Assembly (NCBI GenBank): GCA_025603075.1
Contig: MU626461.1
Coordinates: 1-34,615 of the forward strand
Direction of reading: 5' to 3'
Length of the DNA stretch: 34,615 bases
Source: Neoconidiobolus thromboides FSU 785
Lineage: Eukaryota; Fungi; Entomophthoromycota
Numbering within the stretch: position 1 is the first letter of the stretch; each line of letters starts with the position of its first letter. The translations under genes and the position numbers were made by a program. Below the pieces are notes generated by a model. That model was not told where the DNA came from, did not search any database, and saw only the letters and a program-made list of their open reading frames with translations. Positions 31,592 through 34,615 of the stretch are shown piece after piece.

Positions 31592-32993
31592 ATGCAATTC
31601 AATATATGCACATTATTACTACCTCTCCTTGCTACAGTTCAAGGTAGTATATTAAGCCATGGTAAATCAAAACCTTTTAGTCTCTCTCATTTTGGTACTT
31701 CTATCATAGGTAATCAGGTAATAGTTCTTTTGGGTGAGCAAGTCGATCATAAAAACAAAGGTGTTAATTCCCGTTTGGTCTACTCTTTAGATGTAAACAA
31801 AGACAGTGCTATTACGAAACTACCCTGGGTAACCAATGAAATCCAATCCGGTGTCAGCAATGTACATTCTTTAGCATGTGAAGTATTGAATTCTAACTCA
31901 GATGAAATAGTTTGTTTTGGGGGTTATTTCACCGAAAAATTAGCACCTGTTCAAGGACCATTTTTAGGTTATAATCATACAAATGGTAATTGGACCGAAT
32001 TAATTCTATCGGATAAAACACCAAGTTCTAGATTTGGTCATGAAATGCTTAAGATGGGAGATGATAATATTTATTTATTTGGTGGGAAGGTGCTAAATGA
32101 AGAGCTAAAAAAGACAGAATTAGAAGTTTGGAAATTAAATAATAAAAAAGAATGGAAGTTAGTGGAAGTAGAGGAAAAGAATAGCCAATTAACTGGAAAC
32201 AGATATTATTCAACAATGACAAGAATTTCTGGAGAGAAGTTTATCTTGATTGGTGGTAGAAATGATCAAGAAGCTTATGGACTAGATAAAGTATATATAT
32301 TTGATATTAAAGCAAATAAATGGGAAGAAAAAATTACTACTGAGTTTCCAGATATTAAAGTAGCGGAACATAGTGCAGTTTGTAAGTTTTTACTTTACTT
32401 TTATATTCTATTTTTATGGCATTTTTAATAATATATTATTATTTTAGTTTATAATAACAATATAATAATTTATGGTGGTAGCGATTTCAATAATAAAAAG
32501 AATTATAATCAATTATATCAATTAAATATTCAAAATTGGAAATGGAATGAAATCAAATTAGATAATGAATTAGCTAATAGATACGGTCATAAAGCTATTA
32601 TAATTCAAGATTCGATGTTAGTTTACTTTGGTAAGATAATAATAATAAATAATAAAACAATATTAATTCTCCTATTTATTCTTAGGTGTAACCTCTCCAC
32701 CTAGTTTAACTACTCAATTGATCAACCTTAAAGACTTTAAAGTCATTGAAAGTTTACAACATAGTGATCAAAAAATCAATCTAGAACAACAAAATGGGCC
32801 ACAAATACAAACTACATCTCAATCACATACATTATTCACTATTATTATTGTTATTTTAGTATTCGCTTTATTAGGTTATTTATGGTATCGACGATCAGTT
32901 AAACATACTATTGATTTTAAACCATTGCCTACAGGGGAAGAGCCTGGTTATGATGATTTAGAATTTGAAGAGTTTGAACCAAGTCATAAATAA
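31592..32993 (+). CDS. Kelch-repeat type-I membrane protein (signal peptide, beta-propeller, single TM), 3 exons
   Basis: Signal peptide MQFNICTLLLPLLATVQG. Kelch repeats (IVCFGG, RFGH..IYLFGG, FILIGG, IIIYGG, RYGH). Introns start at 32382 and ~32632. TM IIIVILVFALLGYLWY is followed by RRSVK. Confidence 0.85.
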
Positions 32994-33559
32994 CTGAGGA
33001 AAAGAGGACTAGAAGAAGATTTCTTTTTTTAATTATAAAATTTAGTTTTTGATCAAATTAGATTATAATGTTTTTTATTACTTATTATCTCATTTATAAT
33101 ATTAATACGGATTTATGTTTCTTAATCAATAATAAGACTAATTTTGTATATGATATATTATTAATATTATTAAAGCTGAATTCTATATTTTTATTTTTAT
33201 AAAAATATAATTAATTTTCAACATAAAGCATCAAAAAGAGTTCAATAATAAATATAAAAAAATAGAGTTTATTTTGTAGTTGAAAATAAAACAATATAAA
33301 CTTGTAATTCAATAAGTTCTAATTATTAAAATAAAACTATAAAGTTATTCATTTTATTTTCAAAAAAATAGTTTTATTGGCGAAAAATAATTCTTTTTTA
33401 CAAGGAGAGTCTAGATAGTAATAGCATAACTATTGAATAAAAGTACTTGCCAAATAATGTATATGATTGGTCGATTTCTATCTTTTTTCAGAGTTAGGTC
33501 AAATTTAGAAAATAAGATTAAGATTAAATTCAAGGTTTAATTTTTTTATAACAATATAT

Positions 33560-33657
33560 GGGGATGTGTTTTTGTGTTTAAGGGCTTTACTAACAGTTTT
33601 TCTTCTCAAATAGTGCCTAAAAGATGGAAAAAGTAATGAAGCCAAAAAAACATCTCT
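33560..33657 (+). mobile_element. ~98-bp MITE copy E
   Basis: ATAT|GGGGATGTGTTTTTG...GCCAAAAAAACATCTCT|ATAC, homologous to copies A-D. Confidence 0.85.
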
Positions 33658-34125
33658 ATACAACTTAGTAAAAATAATATCGAAATAAATTAAAAATTAA
33701 AAGATTTAAAGCTAATGTTTTTATTTTTATTTTTGTTTTTATATTAAATAATATTTTAATATAAACATTTACTTTTTTAATTTATTATTATTATTGCTAA
33801 TATAATTTTATACTTTATTAGATAACTTTATTAAATGTTTTATACCTTTTTTTAATAAATTATTACAAACTTTTTTAGACTTTTAATTAATAAATATAAA
33901 TAAAAACAATATTTTTTGATTTTTGAGGTTGTGTTTTTAACACATAAGCCAAACTCAAGTAATTGATTCATAATTCATTATTTTTAAAAACAATTTAAGG
34001 TTTGGGTTAAATAGCCTTTTCAAGATTAATTAATATTTTATTATAATCGAAAACATAACCTCCACTTATAAAAATTAAATTTATATTATATTTTTGCTAT
34101 TTATTTAGTTAATAAAATTTGACTA

Positions 34126-34587
34126 TGTGAAATCTGGTACTCAGTGTTTGGAGTCAAGAACAGCTATTGCTGGGTTGACTACACTATAAGTCGAAAGGTT
34201 TTAGTTTGTGTGACTAAGATAGACTTGTATTATGAAAAATAGCACGTAATAGGCTATGGACTATGTAAGACAAATAGAATAGACAATACTAATGTAAAAT
34301 CTACATAAAATACTATTAAGAAGACTTAGTGGCCTTATTAAATGTTCGAGATATCAAGGAATAATTCAGTTAAAAAGCCTCGAACAACTATACTCTGTAA
34401 ACTCTTTTATACTCTGAAAAGTATAAATATGAAAATGAGAAGATAATATTCTGAGATAGAGCTAGAAATTCTCATAACAAATCAAAATAAGAATATGGGA
34501 TTGATTTCCTCTAAACTCGAGAACACAACAGCTTAGGCGATTGTTATGTTATAATTAACCATGGAACTGACAAAGTGATATTTCACA
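34126..34587. mobile_element. 462-bp solo-LTR-like element, copy 3 (inverted relative to copy 1)
   Basis: TGTGAAAT...ATTTCACA termini. Roughly 93% identical to 7726-8189 by manual alignment (~30 differences). TATAAATA at 34422-34429 on this strand. No matching TSD. Confidence 0.82.
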
Positions 34588-34615
34588 AAAGCCAAAAAAA
34601 TATCTTTATATGGGG
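34588..34615 (+). mobile_element. MITE right-end fragment followed by the probable start of another MITE copy (window edge)
   Basis: AAAGCCAAAAAAATATCTTT (matches the end of copy E), then ATAT (34608-34611), then GGGG. Confidence 0.6.

Overview
Very AT-rich eukaryotic DNA with dense short (~45-60 nt) GT-AG introns. It is most consistent with an early-diverging fungus (Entomophthorales, Conidiobolus/Neoconidiobolus-like; this is inference). Manual splicing gives 17 recognisable genes: DAP1/MAPR, PAN6, RTT107/Brc1-like multi-BRCT, mitochondrial-type NDK, CBR1, PDC, a membrane-anchored glutaredoxin, HUB1, a Josephin DUB, an MTA9-like MT-A70 protein, RPL37, two tandem DUF1295 genes, a LYAR-type zinc finger, VPS20, TAF9 and a type-I membrane Kelch protein. 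There is also one unrecognised 4-exon 68-aa gene. Several of these are absent or fragmented in the ORF track. A nested transposon island at ~7.6-10.3 kb holds a decayed Fot1/pogo transposase with a surviving TA-flanked terminus, four copies of a ~98-bp MITE (GGGG...CCCC, ATAT target) and two copies of a ~464-bp TG...CA solo-LTR-like element. The same MITE and LTR-like families recur at 33.5-34.6 kb. Highlights: the MTA9 (AMT6/7)-like subunit of the ApT 6mA DNA methyltransferase complex with an unusual DPPL motif, the hidden microprotein gene, the transition-riddled Fot1 relic, and the MITE/LTR nesting. Alignments were done by eye and family comparisons from recalled sequences; no database searches were run.
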